Shown here: positions 1 to 11,051 of the stretch, in pieces
Layout of the letters: each line of letters begins with the position of its first letter
Position numbering within the stretch: position 1 is the first letter of the stretch
Source: Octopus sinensis
Lineage: Eukaryota
Direction: 5' to 3'
NCBI RefSeq assembly: GCF_006345805.1
Contig: NW_021832194.1
Coordinates: 1-31,305, forward strand
Length of the DNA stretch: 31,305 bases
Notes under the pieces: model-generated
Database searches by the model: none
What the model was told of the DNA's origin: nothing
The model's input: only the letters and a program-made list of their open reading frames with translations
Program-made: the position numbers and the translations under genes

Positions 1-39
1 TAACTTTACTGTCTACTTTCTTGCGTCATCTAACGTGTA

Positions 40-90
40 TGTGTATTATGTATAATATATATATATTATATATATATATATTATATATAT

Positions 91-125
<35 letters not shown>

Positions 126-200
126 GCATATGTACATAATTATGTGTGGGTATGTGTATAATGTGCATATATGTATGTGTGTATGTATGCATAAATATAT
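40..200. repeat. (TA)n / (TATG)n low-complexity tract
   Basis: Direct reading of TA and TATG/TGTA iterations. Confidence 0.9.
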
Positions 201-879
201 TAACGAAGGTTACGATTCCACATTTAATAATCTTATTTTTAGCCTCGTTGTGAACCTAAACCTCGCGATTAATCCACAGTGCTCTCGGCAGGAAGAGGAT
301 GAGAGATGAATCCACTAACGAGTAGTTTTAGATTTTCGTTAAAGTAATCGTCTGATTCAATACGTCACCCTTATATGCTTATTACAACTAAAAGAACACA
401 CAAGAGCACACCAGAGAAAACTAACTTATACTGAATTCATTCCTCGCTTTTCGTCTGCTAAAAGCCCCGTGGTTTAAATATGAAGCTAATTTTCACAACA
501 GGGCTAAAAATAAATCTATTCGAAAATTAAAAAAATTTTAACCTTGGTTACATTTTCGGTCTCATAAATGCTATGTCAGTGATCTATTTAATTAATACGC
601 ACGGCCAACTGTGTACAGCTATGTAAATAAGGTATGGTTTATTCTGATTATGTTTACATTATAAGGGCAGGCCATATATTACCTATATGTATCCAGTAGC
701 TACTTTTCTCCCAGCAGGCAGGGCTGAGTAAGCGAATCCTGACGATGACTTCAATGAAAGGGCCTATTTAATCATGGTGCTTATTTTCATAGTGAGGCTA
801 AAAATAAGTTTATTAAACATATAACTGTAATTTTGGTTACAATTTTCATCTCATAAACGCTCTGTCGGTGTTCTACCTA

Positions 880-1032
880 CACACAGACACATACATACAC
901 ACAGATACACTAAGACACTTACTCACATATGTACATACGCATGTATGTATGTATGTATGTATGTATGTATGTATGCATGCATGTATGTATGTATGTATGT
1001 ATGTATGTATGTATGTATGTATGCATGCATGT
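880..1032. repeat. (ACAT)n/(TATG)n microsatellite
   Basis: Long gtat/atgt tetranucleotide run. Confidence 0.95.
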
Positions 1033-1662
1033 ACGAACACATTGTCGACTCAGTTAAATTGCATCTTGGGTAATTGTATAATTAGGTCAATTGCTTAAGT
1101 TTTCAAAGTACCGAACTCTTTAACATCAAATCTTGATAAAATCCAACTGTTAATTGCATATGAAAATAAAACTGATTTCTGTTAATTGCATAAAATATTT
1201 CCTCTGATCGATTTTCAATAATAAAATTGACCAAACTTTGTACTAAATCAGTATTTATTTAATTTGATGTGAATAAAATGATTCTGCTAGCGTCCGTTTC
1301 ATAAGTTAAAATTGTCAGCAAATTATTGTAAACTTTCCAATAAAATTACTGTCGACATTCAAACTATGCTGTTTATATTTTCAATTGTTGACAATTTTAT
1401 CTGAAAATTCATTAGAGATCAAATTTCTAAAAAGATAATTTTAACCAATGTTATGATTGGACACCATTTTCTTTATTCTCATTCTGAATTACATTAGACT
1501 GCAGCTGGTCCAATTAAATTTTCCGATATTTTGTTAGTTGTTTGAGTTGAGTAACTAATTAAAAGAAATTAACAGCATGAGTTTAAGTAACTGATATTTT
1601 AAATCAAATACATTTTATAACTAAAAGTATTTTTAAATTGAGGAATGAAAAACGAAACCTGA

Positions 1663-1978
1663 AGCACAGGCATGGCTGTTCCCACTGAACAGCACCTTTG
1701 GCAAGTGTCTTCTACTATGACTTCGGGCCGGTCAATGCTTTGCGATTGAATTTGATCGAAGGAAACTATGCGAAAACCCATTGCATATGTGTGTGCGTGT
1801 GTCCTCTCACCGCTTGACAACAAATGTGTAATCTTGCAGTTCGCCACAAGTGATTGTTAGAATAAGTACCAGACTTTAAAAATAACGAGTATTCGTGTCA
1901 GTATATTCGGTCAAATCCTCCAAGACGGTGCCTAGGCATGGCCGCAGCCCATTGACTGAAAATATATAAAATAAAAAA
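1663..1978 (+). mobile_element. tRNA-derived SINE, internally deleted head (same family as 27531-28276)
   Basis: Shares cccactg..cacctttggcaagtgtct..ctactat, gcttgacaac, tagaataagtacca and ggcatggccgcag..tgactgaaa blocks and an A-rich tail with other copies in the window. Confidence 0.75.
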
Positions 1979-2067
1979 GGGTCAAGTGAAACGATATCAT
2001 ACCGATGCACATAAAAATAGTTTTGTGTTAGTGGAACCGTAAGTAAAAGATATATTTTTAATTCTAA

Positions 2068-2474
2068 TCTCTCTATATATAAACGGCAGTTTGTCTGTCT
2101 GTGTGTCTGTGTGGCTGTCAGGTTGTACCCTCACCCTGACCACGGCTTTCAACCGATTCTGATGAAACTTGACACACACATAGCCCAATGTCATAATTCA
2201 AAACTAACGCAGCGAAAACTTTGGAAAGCTCCCCCAGTTCTGAAAAAATCGATAAATTCGACATGGGGTCGAGAATCTAAGCTTTTTATATGCAACACAT
2301 TTTCTGTCGGGAGACAGCTAGGAACATCGTATACATAGAAGTATTCGAGTGAAGAGAAGACATTGCAACCTACATATGCGCCTTCGTTCCCTAGAGGGAA
2401 AGAACTAGATTGGGATTAGTCGTTGCCTGCTAGGGGCTCTTACATACCCGGGCAACGCCGGGCTATGCTGCTAG
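2068..2474 (+). mobile_element. Non-autonomous Helitron-type element
   Basis: A|TC start (tctctctatatataaacggc) followed by a (GTCT)n tract. Subterminal GC hairpin cccgg-gcaacg-ccggg at 2447-2462, CTAG end at 2471-2474 followed by T; no TSD. Confidence 0.8.
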
Positions 2475-2735
2475 TTCATTATATGATCCATATATGTATA
2501 ACATAATGTCAATACCCTGTTACGATACACCAAGCCAACAGTGGAGCAACTTCGTGGTAGAAAATAGTGGGATATGGTAGGAAAATCGTTCAAATTCTCT
2601 CAAATCTATCCCATTCTACCATCTTAATAAAATGACATATTGATAATTTTATCACACAGACACGTGTCTTTTCTCTTTCTGTTTTTTTCCCTGTCTCCAT
2701 ATTTTTTGGGGTGGGGGGTTGTACAATTTTGAACC

Positions 2736-2852
2736 ATATGTATATATATATATAATATATATATATCAGTATATATATACATAAACATACACACATATAC
2801 ACATACATATATACATACATACAACATATATATTATATACTATATATATATA

Positions 2853-2904
<52 letters not shown>

Positions 2905-2990
2905 ACATATATATACATATATATACAATTTATATATATAGACATATATATATATATATTATAATTATATATATATATATATATATATAA
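2736..2990. repeat. (TA)n-rich microsatellite
   Basis: Direct reading. Confidence 0.95.
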
Positions 2991-3173
2991 AAGGAAAGGA
3001 TGATCTTGAGTGGAATGCCTTTAAGTTATAGACATACACAATTAGCAATACATTGAAGCGCGACTAACAATACATTGAAATCTTGTAATTTTCCCTCGCG
3101 TACTAATTAATGCCGTTTAATTGCATACTCTGGTTATGCACATTAAAATATCAGTTAATGGGGTTAGTACCCA

Positions 3174-3720
3174 ATCATCATCATTATCATCATCATCATC
3201 ATAATAATAATAATCATCATCATCATCATCATCGACATCATCATCATCTTCCGGTCGGGTGACTTGCTGGGAACTATGCAACTCCTCCATGCCAGATCAA
3301 GCGACGCTGCATGAAAATGGTCCTTCGATAGTTGAAATATTTCGTGTGCGCATATCATGGCTACAAATGATAGCAGTAGTTTGATAACTGAACTGGATGA
3401 ACCTAGCGGATGATATTTTGTTGATAGCTCAACCGCTCAGCATCTAGTGATATTCGCCTGTGACTCAATAAGTTTCTTTTGTCGGAACCGTTCATATCTA
3501 CCATACTGCATCCCATGATTTCAATGTACGCTTACTCGGGTAGTTACATGCCATTTAACCATAGTAAGGACACTGCCGGGTGTTTCTACTCTGGACTAAA
3601 TTAGACCTGTGAACAATAGTGACCCAGAAATGTTTCCACGTGCCTCAAAATGTTGAAACTCTCAAATTCAGGCCTCACTTCCAGATGCAGTTTAAAGTTA
3701 TTCACGGGACAATAATACTC
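3174..3720 (-). mobile_element. Highly degenerate retroposon (SINE with RTE-like 3' part) ending in a (GAT)n tail
   Basis: (CAT)n tract 3174-3248 reads as a (GAT)n tail on the minus strand. Upstream aaactgcatctggaagtgaggc block resembles a common cephalopod SINE head (recalled). Only weak residual RTE C-terminal similarity. Confidence 0.4.
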
Positions 3721-3973
3721 AATGCCGAGAGTAAAGTATTAGAAGCTCCATGAATCATTACTCTAAGTTTCTTAGTGTGTACGAAGATGTTTACTGAATT
3801 GTGTGTGCGTGTGTGAATATATGTATGGGTGTATGAATATGTGAATATGTACGCATTGGACTCTACCAACGAGAATGGCATTTACATGTCAGTTCAATCA
3901 GCTGATGCAACTATTCATTAAATTAACGTGTAACATGGCCGAGTATTCCATAGACACCTTTATAATCTTAGTT

Positions 3974-4200
3974 CTTTGACACTCACATTACTCTGTTACA
4001 AAATGCAATACTTGTTTATTCATATTGCTTTGAATTAATCATGTATTATTTCGTAGCTTCAAGATTTCGATATCGCGATTGTTTATTTTTAGAATAGCGT
4101 TATAGGGTAGGTGTGAGAGTCTGAATCTAGCCTGTTTGAACATAAAACACGAAGGTAGAGTATTCGGAAGGATACGACCGGTTTAAATTCTAAAAGCTAA
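3974..4200 (-). mobile_element. Probable degenerate MITE (TTAA/piggyBac-type family)
   Basis: Body (tctcacacctaccctataacgctattctaaaaataaacaatc on minus) resembles an abundant octopus MITE as recalled; termini are eroded. Confidence 0.35.
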
Positions 4201-4544
4201 AAGAATTCTCAAGTAGAATCAGCATAAGACATGAGACACGGATTCGAATTATAGCAACAGTCCACCTGATGGATTGTGTATGAGTGCTGTCTATTCAGTT
4301 TCCCTTTCAGCCTGGGGCTAAAGAAAAGGAAAATAAAAAAAAAGAAATAACATTTTCCCAGACTTTCGCACATTAGGACAGAACCCGAGACCTCCTGGTT
4401 ACAAACATGAAAGGTCTACGTTGGCTGTGAGTTATCGATCGTCAAACGAGACGACTGTATACTGAATATTTGTGAAATGGTGGTTATTTTAACCGTGGGA
4501 ACAAGTTTGTTTCCATGGTACTCAATCAGTAACGCACTATAAAT

Positions 4545-4578
4545 TATATGTATATACTCCCCCTCTCTCTCATTCTCC

Positions 4579-4644
<66 letters not shown>

Positions 4645-4715
4645 GTATGTTTATGTATAATATGTATATCTATCTATCAATCTATCTATCTATGTATGTA
4701 TGTATATATATATTG
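4545..4715. repeat. Compound (CT)n(AT)n(TATC)n microsatellite
   Basis: Direct reading. Confidence 0.9.
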
Positions 4716-5112
4716 TGTAGGTGTGTATTTATTGTAACACCATTAGATCATATGTAAATGAATGTCATGTACATATATATTTACATGCTATAAAAGGGCT
4801 TAGTAAAATAAATTACTTTGCCGCATACTGAACTCATTAGAAATAGTAGCCAAAAAAACTTTTTTAAAACTATGTAGATATATGTGCAATATCATATTTG
4901 TCTGTATCTGTGTGTGTGTGTATGTGTATAGGTGATGTGATATATAGGCATTTTTTAATACTTTTTTACTGCCAATTAAATAAAGCATTGTGCGTCGATT
5001 CCTTTTAATGCTTGACGATATTCTTTGCTCTATACATGTGTTTCTGTGTGAGTGAGTGCATGAATATGTAAGTCGATGTATGGCTATTTGTGAGTGCGCA
5101 TCCTTTCATACT

Positions 5113-5155
<43 letters not shown>

Positions 5156-5188
5156 GCATACGTATAGATGTATATATATATATATATA

Positions 5189-5475
5189 TATCACCGTGAT
5201 CACCGTGACCGACCAGGCCATCAGATGTTACTACACATCGCTGGTCACAATGCGCTTCAACACCCCGCTGGCTAAGCGAGCAGGCCAACAGAAGAAAGAG
5301 TGGGACAAAGTTGTGGTGAAAGAGTACGGCAGGGATCGCCACCACCCTCTGCCGGAGCTTCGTGGAGCTTTAGGTGTTTTCGCTCAATAAACACTCACAA
5401 CGCCCGGTCTGGGAATCGAAAACGCCATCCTACGACCGCGAGTCCGCTGCCCTCTTCACTGGGCCATTGCGCCTC
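5189..5475 (-). mobile_element. tRNA-derived SINE (tRNA-Arg-like head), full length
   Basis: Minus strand starts gaggcgcaatggcccagtg (A box), then gactcgcggtcg and gttttcgattccc (B box). Close match to the copy at 29149-29440; ends in (TA)n. Confidence 0.9.
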
Positions 5476-5477
5476 AA

Positions 5478-5487
5478 CGTATAATAT

Positions 5488-5534
<47 letters not shown>

Positions 5535-5690
5535 TATATATACACACACATACATACGTATATATGAGTGTATATATATATATATATATTATATATATAT
5601 ATATATTATATATATATATATATATTATATATATATAATATATATATATATATATTATATATATATATAATATACACATACATACGCATA
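5478..5690. repeat. (TA)n microsatellite
   Basis: Direct reading. Confidence 0.95.
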
Positions 5691-5939
5691 TGCACTTATG
5701 GAAATATGAATATGTCAGTGCATCGGTATGTGTATGAATTGGTCTGTGTGTGCATGTGTGTTTATGTGTATCCATGTGTGTGGGTGCGTGCGCGTGCGTA
5801 TGAAGATATGTAGTGCATGTGTATGTGGGGGTGTTTGAGTGCTATTGTATGTCACTGATTATTTTCAAATGTAGCGAATATTCAAATCATTATGTCATCT
5901 ATGGAGAAATGAATGTTTCAAAGCGTGAGGAAAGAACGT

Positions 5940-6290
5940 CTCTCTTATTCTCTCTCTCTCTCTCTCTCCCTCTCCTATCTCTCCCAGTTTCCCTTTCTGT
6001 GGGTATATGTGTATGTGTGTGTTTGTGTGAGTGTATGTTGTTTGTGTGAGTCTATCTGTGTGTGTATGTATATATATATATATAATAAATATATATATGT
6101 ATGTATTTGGCGTGGTCTAGATATAGGTATATATGTACATTCGTATATACGTTTATATGTATATATAAATATATACACACGAATATAAATATATATATAT
6201 ATGTGTCTCTGTATGTGTGTGCCTATGTGTATGCATGTGTATGTGCGTGTATGTGAGAGAGCGAGAGAATGCGTGTGTGTGCGTGCGCTA
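5940..6290. repeat. Compound (CT)n/(GT)n/(TA)n low-complexity region
   Basis: Direct reading. Confidence 0.85.
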
Positions 6291-6611
6291 GTGAAATAGA
6301 CGAGTGAGACGAAGTCTATGCTCAATACAAAACCGTGTTCGGTTTAGTTCTTTAACAGGTTTAACAAGTTGACAAAACAGACCAGCACCAACCCCTCCCA
6401 CGAAAACCACCACCATCACCACCACCACACTCCATATTTATTAACCTCTCTCTTTGCCCCCTCCCTGTTCTTCCCTTTCTCTCTCTCGCTCTCTCTCTCT
6501 CTCTCGCTCTCTTCTCTTTTGGGATTTTAATTATGCAACCATTTCAATATGTTTTATGACAACTCAGCTGGAGACTTATTCACTGGTCATTTAACTATAT
6601 ATTGCTATGAC

Positions 6612-6690
<79 letters not shown>
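6612..6690. repeat. (ATT)n/(ATC)n microsatellite; tail or target of the adjacent R4/Dong-like LINE
   Basis: Trinucleotide run abutting the 3' UTR of the LINE. Confidence 0.95.
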
Positions 6691-6693
<3 letters not shown>

Positions 6694-7932
6694 TGTCCTT
6701 GCACAGCTTCAAACGCTGGAGACGTACAGTGGTGTCAGCTGTTCACTACCAGTGAACTAAGGTAACACCCCTTATTTTTCGAGCACTATCCGGAGTATTC
6801 GAGCGGTTTCAAGCAGTGCTGTTTTCTGCAAGTGATCCACCTTTATTGCAGCCCCTATTTGTTCCATGTACTTCTCAAGATTTTTATTCACTATTCCCAG
6901 GGCTCCAACAATTATTGATACTACTATCACCTTTTTCAGTAACCACAACTGCTTTACCTCCCAAGCTAACCTGTCATATCTATCGACTTTTCTGTCTTCC
7001 TTATCGCATACATTGTTGTCAGCTGGGCATGCTATATCTATGATCCGGCATCGCTTACTTTCTTTCTGAATTAACACTATATTGGGTACTATTCTCTATC
7101 TCATGGTCGCACTGAGTCATAAAATTGCATAGGATCTTTGCATTATCATTTTCGATGATGCCTTTAGGTTTATGTTCGTACTACTTTTTTCAAAGTGTCT
7201 AATGAACATTCCTTGCTATATTGTCATGACGTCTCTTATATTCTTTCTGGGTTAGTGGCGTACATTGACTGGTAATATTCCATATAGTTTCACCATTTTG
7301 TCCACAAATTCCGCACTTATCACTTTCTGATATGTTGACTATTCTGTACTTTCTGTAATTGGTTCTTAATGCCTGCTCCTAGGCAGCACAGATTAGAGCC
7401 TTCGTTTCCGGTTTTAAATCATTTTTAGTCATCCCTAGCCATCTTTTTTCTCTGTCTGTTTTATCTGTGAAATTGTCCATGCAGTCTTCTCTTCCTCCAC
7501 CTATTTTCAGTTTCATTCATTCTCAAGTGCCTGTACAGTACTTTATCTTTGCAATCTTCCATCCTACATAAGCCTGACCTTCTTACTTCCAATAATAGTG
7601 GTTCTGTGGCATTTTTTACCTACCATGCTATGTTGTTTTCTTTTGCCCTAATGATGCGTTCGCATCCAATCTGTCCTCTTCCCCCTTTTTTTCTTGATAC
7701 ATACAGTCTGTCTGTGTCACATTTAAGGTGAAGCTTCCCATATCTAGTCAGCAACTTTCTTGTCTTTCTGTCTAAGCTGTTTAGTTCATCTCATCTCCAT
7801 GCGATTACCCCTGCTCCATATCTAAGGAGTGAAACCGCCCAGGTGTTGAAAGCTTCAACTTTATTCCGTCCGTTTAATTTCAACTCTAGGAGCAGTTTCA
7901 GTTTGCGCAAGTACACCACCTTAATTTTTTCC
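6691..7932 (-). mobile_element. 5'-truncated R4/Dong-like non-LTR retrotransposon (RT thumb, zinc knuckle, restriction-like endonuclease)
   Basis: Minus-strand translations give NTWAVSLLRYGAG, DRLYVSRKKGGRG, CGICGQNGETIWNITSQC (degenerate CCHC), RRHDNIA, IIDIACPADNNVCDKEDRKVDRY and IIVGALG; stop at 6772-6774; (TAA)n tail. Several stops and frameshifts. Confidence 0.9.
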
Positions 7933-8334
7933 ATCGCAAACCAACAGCTGACGGCCGTTCGTAGTTAGAAACGGTAACGAATGATTTCGTATTCTTAGTT
8001 ACTGAAGCAGAAAAACGTCTGACTCATTTTCTATCAAATTCTATCGTAATTTTGTATCATTTCAAAGCATACTATTTCCATTCTCCTACTGTCCTCGATC
8101 GAGTAATTATTTATCTATTATTCGATGCAAAACAAAAGGTGAAAGGTGGAATCCAGTTAAACGTAATAAACTATAATATTCTACAATTTATTTATTAAAA
8201 GGATTTTTCTCATCATTTGTCGACGTACGTTTTTTTATGTTTTCATATCTCATCGGGACAAGCTCATTGATAATTATATTTATATAAGTGAATTTCAGTG
8301 AAAGTCAAGTCTTTCAATGTTGTGTGTGAACCAT

Positions 8335-9250
8335 GGTACCCAAAAGTAACCGCAAACGTTTTCAGTGGGACAAGTCCGTTATAGTTCAGGCTCCCGCCAC
8401 TAAGCCACTTGATGCAGCTCTCAGGCATCTGTCTGCCGACCGGTGGCGTCCGGTGAAGTCGTACTGCCGCGTGGTGCGTCGTTATTTTGCAGCGCTTCTC
8501 ATCTGTTCGTAGTTTTTTGCGATGGCTAAAACGAAAAAACAGAGTGCTTACGGGAAATTCTGTTTTCTACTAAGGAAAACGACGGCCGAAACAGTTGTCA
8601 CGCTTCAAACAGCTTACAAAGACGCTGCCATGAGTAAAACACAATTTTACGAGTGGTTTTTACGCTTTAGGAATAGTTACTTGTTGCTTGATGACCAACC
8701 TCGTTTAGGGCGATCGACAATCTCCTCAACGAATGAAAACATCACGAAAACGCGTGAACTGATCTTGGAGGACCGTCGCCGAACAATTGACGAACTTGAT
8801 GATATGATTGGTGTATGCTGGAGCTCTTGCCAACGAATTTTAGGAATTGTGAATGAAAAGAGTTGCAGCAAAATCTGTGCCTCACTTGCTCACGGAAGTG
8901 TGAGACAGTTTTTGACCAAAAATGGCATGATCCCGCTTACCCACCCTCCCTATCCACCCGATCTTGCTCCCAGCAACTTTTTTGTTTTTGTTCCCCCGAA
9001 TGAAAAAAGTATTTCAAGGAAAACGCTTTGCTGATGTGGAAGAGGTGAAGAATAAAACGACGGATGCGTTAAAAGGCATCACTTCCCAAGAGTTCCAGAA
9101 CTGCTTCGAATAGGCGTCTGGACCGAAAACATGTCTGCACCGATACATCGTTTCAGATGAAGACTATTTTGAAGGCGATAAAAGTGTAAACATGCAAAAC
9201 TAAGTGAATAAAATAATATTGCAAATTTCCGGTTTCTTTTGGGTACCCAC
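8335..9250 (+). mobile_element. Internally deleted mariner (DD34D-type) element with TIRs
   Basis: TIRs ggtacccaaaagtaaccgcaaa (8335-8356) and tttccggtttcttttgggtacc (9226-9247), 2 mismatches, enclose transposase remnants. Confidence 0.9.
8522..9180 (+). pseudogene. Mariner transposase pseudogene (HTH region kept, most of catalytic domain deleted)
   Basis: KFCFLL..KTTAETV, AMSKTQFYEWF.RF, DDQPRLGR, MKRVAAKSVPHLLT (alternate frame), HPPYPPDLAPSNFF, RFADVEEVK, YFEGD. Confidence 0.9.
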
Positions 9251-9561
9251 CTCTTGTGTGTACAGGTAAACTAGAACATAAGAAGCGAAGCGACCAGCGA
9301 TTGCTTTGCAATACACAAGTACGGGCAGAATGATATTCGGGTTAGGTATGCTGTCAATTTAACCCAACTGAGTATATAATCAGCTCTTAAGCTATTCAGA
9401 TATGTAGATTTTATTCAATACACAGTCTATTATATACTTCAGAAAACGCGAGGGGCATGTTCTGAGACAGGTGAATTAAAACTAAATATGAATATTGAAA
9501 GACAGGGGTCAATCCATGGAGTGACACCTGTCCTTTAATTGTTATTGATATATATATATAT

Positions 9562-9592
<31 letters not shown>

Positions 9593-9998
9593 ATTAACAT
9601 ACATACATACATACATACATACATACATACATCATACATACATGTACATATATACATATGTGTCTGTGTGTATGTATATATAACACATATAAGTCTGTCT
9701 GTATAGAAAGAATTTGTTCTTTCCTAGAGATATATTATCCAAGCATATACCAGTTTAGCACTATAACGATTAACGATACTGGAAAATTCTACATGTGCAT
9801 TTGTACTAGTGTTTATCGTTGGTCCTTCTTCAAATTAGTACCTTACACTTCTGAAATTCCAGTTGTCGCTATAAAGATTTCCATCGTTTTCGATATAGGA
9901 GAAAAAATTTAATAATTCAAAGAAAACTGAGAATACATACACAGAATAATCAATTCATTTACTATCATAGTCCAGTCGAATTAATGAATTCATTCATA

Positions 9999-10095
9999 TT
10001 GCCTACGCTGCGTTTCGGTTGATTGCTTTTATCCATATTTACACATTTAAACTGCCTTGTGAAGCTGCAAAAAGCAATATGCCTTCTCAGTGCAA
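9999..10095 (-). ncRNA. Type I hammerhead ribozyme motif, degenerate core
   Basis: Minus strand: ttgca-CTGAGAA-GG..ATTGCTTTT..AAAAGCAAT..CC-GAAAC-GCAGC-GTA-ggcaa. Core reads CUGAGAA rather than CUGANGA. Confidence 0.6.
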
Positions 10096-10447
10096 ATTAA
10101 CTGATATTTTTCATATCCTAACGGATGGAGAGTTTATTCCGATTGAACTGTAGCCTGTGCATTTTGGGTTCTGTTCTAAAAATAGCTAGATGTTGATTTT
10201 GACCTTACTGGGGATGTGATAGACATAGTTCAGAAGAACTAAGTCATGTTATTATTCACTCTTTTGGCAGTGCCGATTAACCAAGAGTGAATAATAACAT
10301 GACCTGGTTCTGAACTATGCCTATCCTTTGTCCAGTAAGGTCAAAATCAACCGCTAGCTATTTTTAGTACAGAATCCAAAACGCACATGCTACAATTCAA
10401 TCGGAATAAACTCTCTATCCGTTAGGATGTGAAAAATATCAGTCAAT

Positions 10448-10544
10448 TTGATCTGAAGAGGATTTTGCTTTTTCTCAATTTCATAAGGCACTTTAAATGT
10501 GTAAATATGGATAAGAGCAATCAACTGAAACGCAGCGTAGGCAA
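10448..10544 (+). ncRNA. Type I hammerhead ribozyme motif
   Basis: CTGAAGA 10453-10459; stem II GG..CT with ttgct/agcaa; GAAAC 10527-10531; GCAGC; GTA 10537-10539; stem I ttgat/ggcaa with one mismatch. Confidence 0.7.
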
Positions 10545-10980
10545 TATGAATGAACTCATTAATTCAACTGGACTATGATGATAAATGAATTTATTATTCT
10601 GTGTATATATTCTCTGTTATCTTTGCATTGTTATAAATTGTGTGTGTGTGCGAGCGAGCGAGTTTAACCATAAGAGTCACTAACGAGCATTAATCAAATG
10701 CAAAATCACTGAAGATCTGGCTATGCCCCGGATGTAGGGCATTTGTCAGTCAAAATGATAAGTGCTTTCTATGGCAATGAGTCATTTTGACCCTCATTTC
10801 TAGCAATACTGGTACTGATTGGCGTCCTTGCTCACTTTAGTGACGTCTATATTTCTGCCTTTCGGTTTTAAATTACTGATAAGCCACTTTTACTGTATAT
10901 GTGCGTATGTGTGTGTATATATATGCATATACATATATACATGCATTCATATATATATATTATATATATTATATATTATA

Positions 10981-11021
<41 letters not shown>

Positions 11022-11051
11022 TATAATATATATATATATATATATATAATA

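Larger units (their letters stand above)
9929..10614. repeat. Palindrome A: ~690-bp imperfect inverted repeat, 13-nt spacer (10268-10280)
   Basis: 9929-10267 is the reverse complement of 10281-10614, roughly 85-90% identical by eye. Confidence 0.95.

Noticed and set aside
744-770. CTGACGA...GAAA as a hammerhead
   Set aside because: No pairing stem II or stem I and no AC/GUH stem III.
1285-1325. Minus-strand CTGACAA..GAAAC as a hammerhead
   Set aside because: Core mismatch and no convincing stems.
124-6755. Many 60-126 aa ORFs rich in Y, I, C, V, H, T, M
   Set aside because: They are translations of TA, TG, CA, TATG and ATT microsatellites; the same holds for similar ORFs across the window.
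9501-9532. Hairpin gacaggggtca..tgacacctgtc as a pre-miRNA or Helitron end
   Set aside because: Too short for a pre-miRNA and no CTRR terminus follows.
9750-9925. Minus-strand frame YIENDGNLYSDNWNFRS next to palindrome A as a PLE ORF or exon
   Set aside because: In-frame stop, no GIY-YIG or RT motif recognised.
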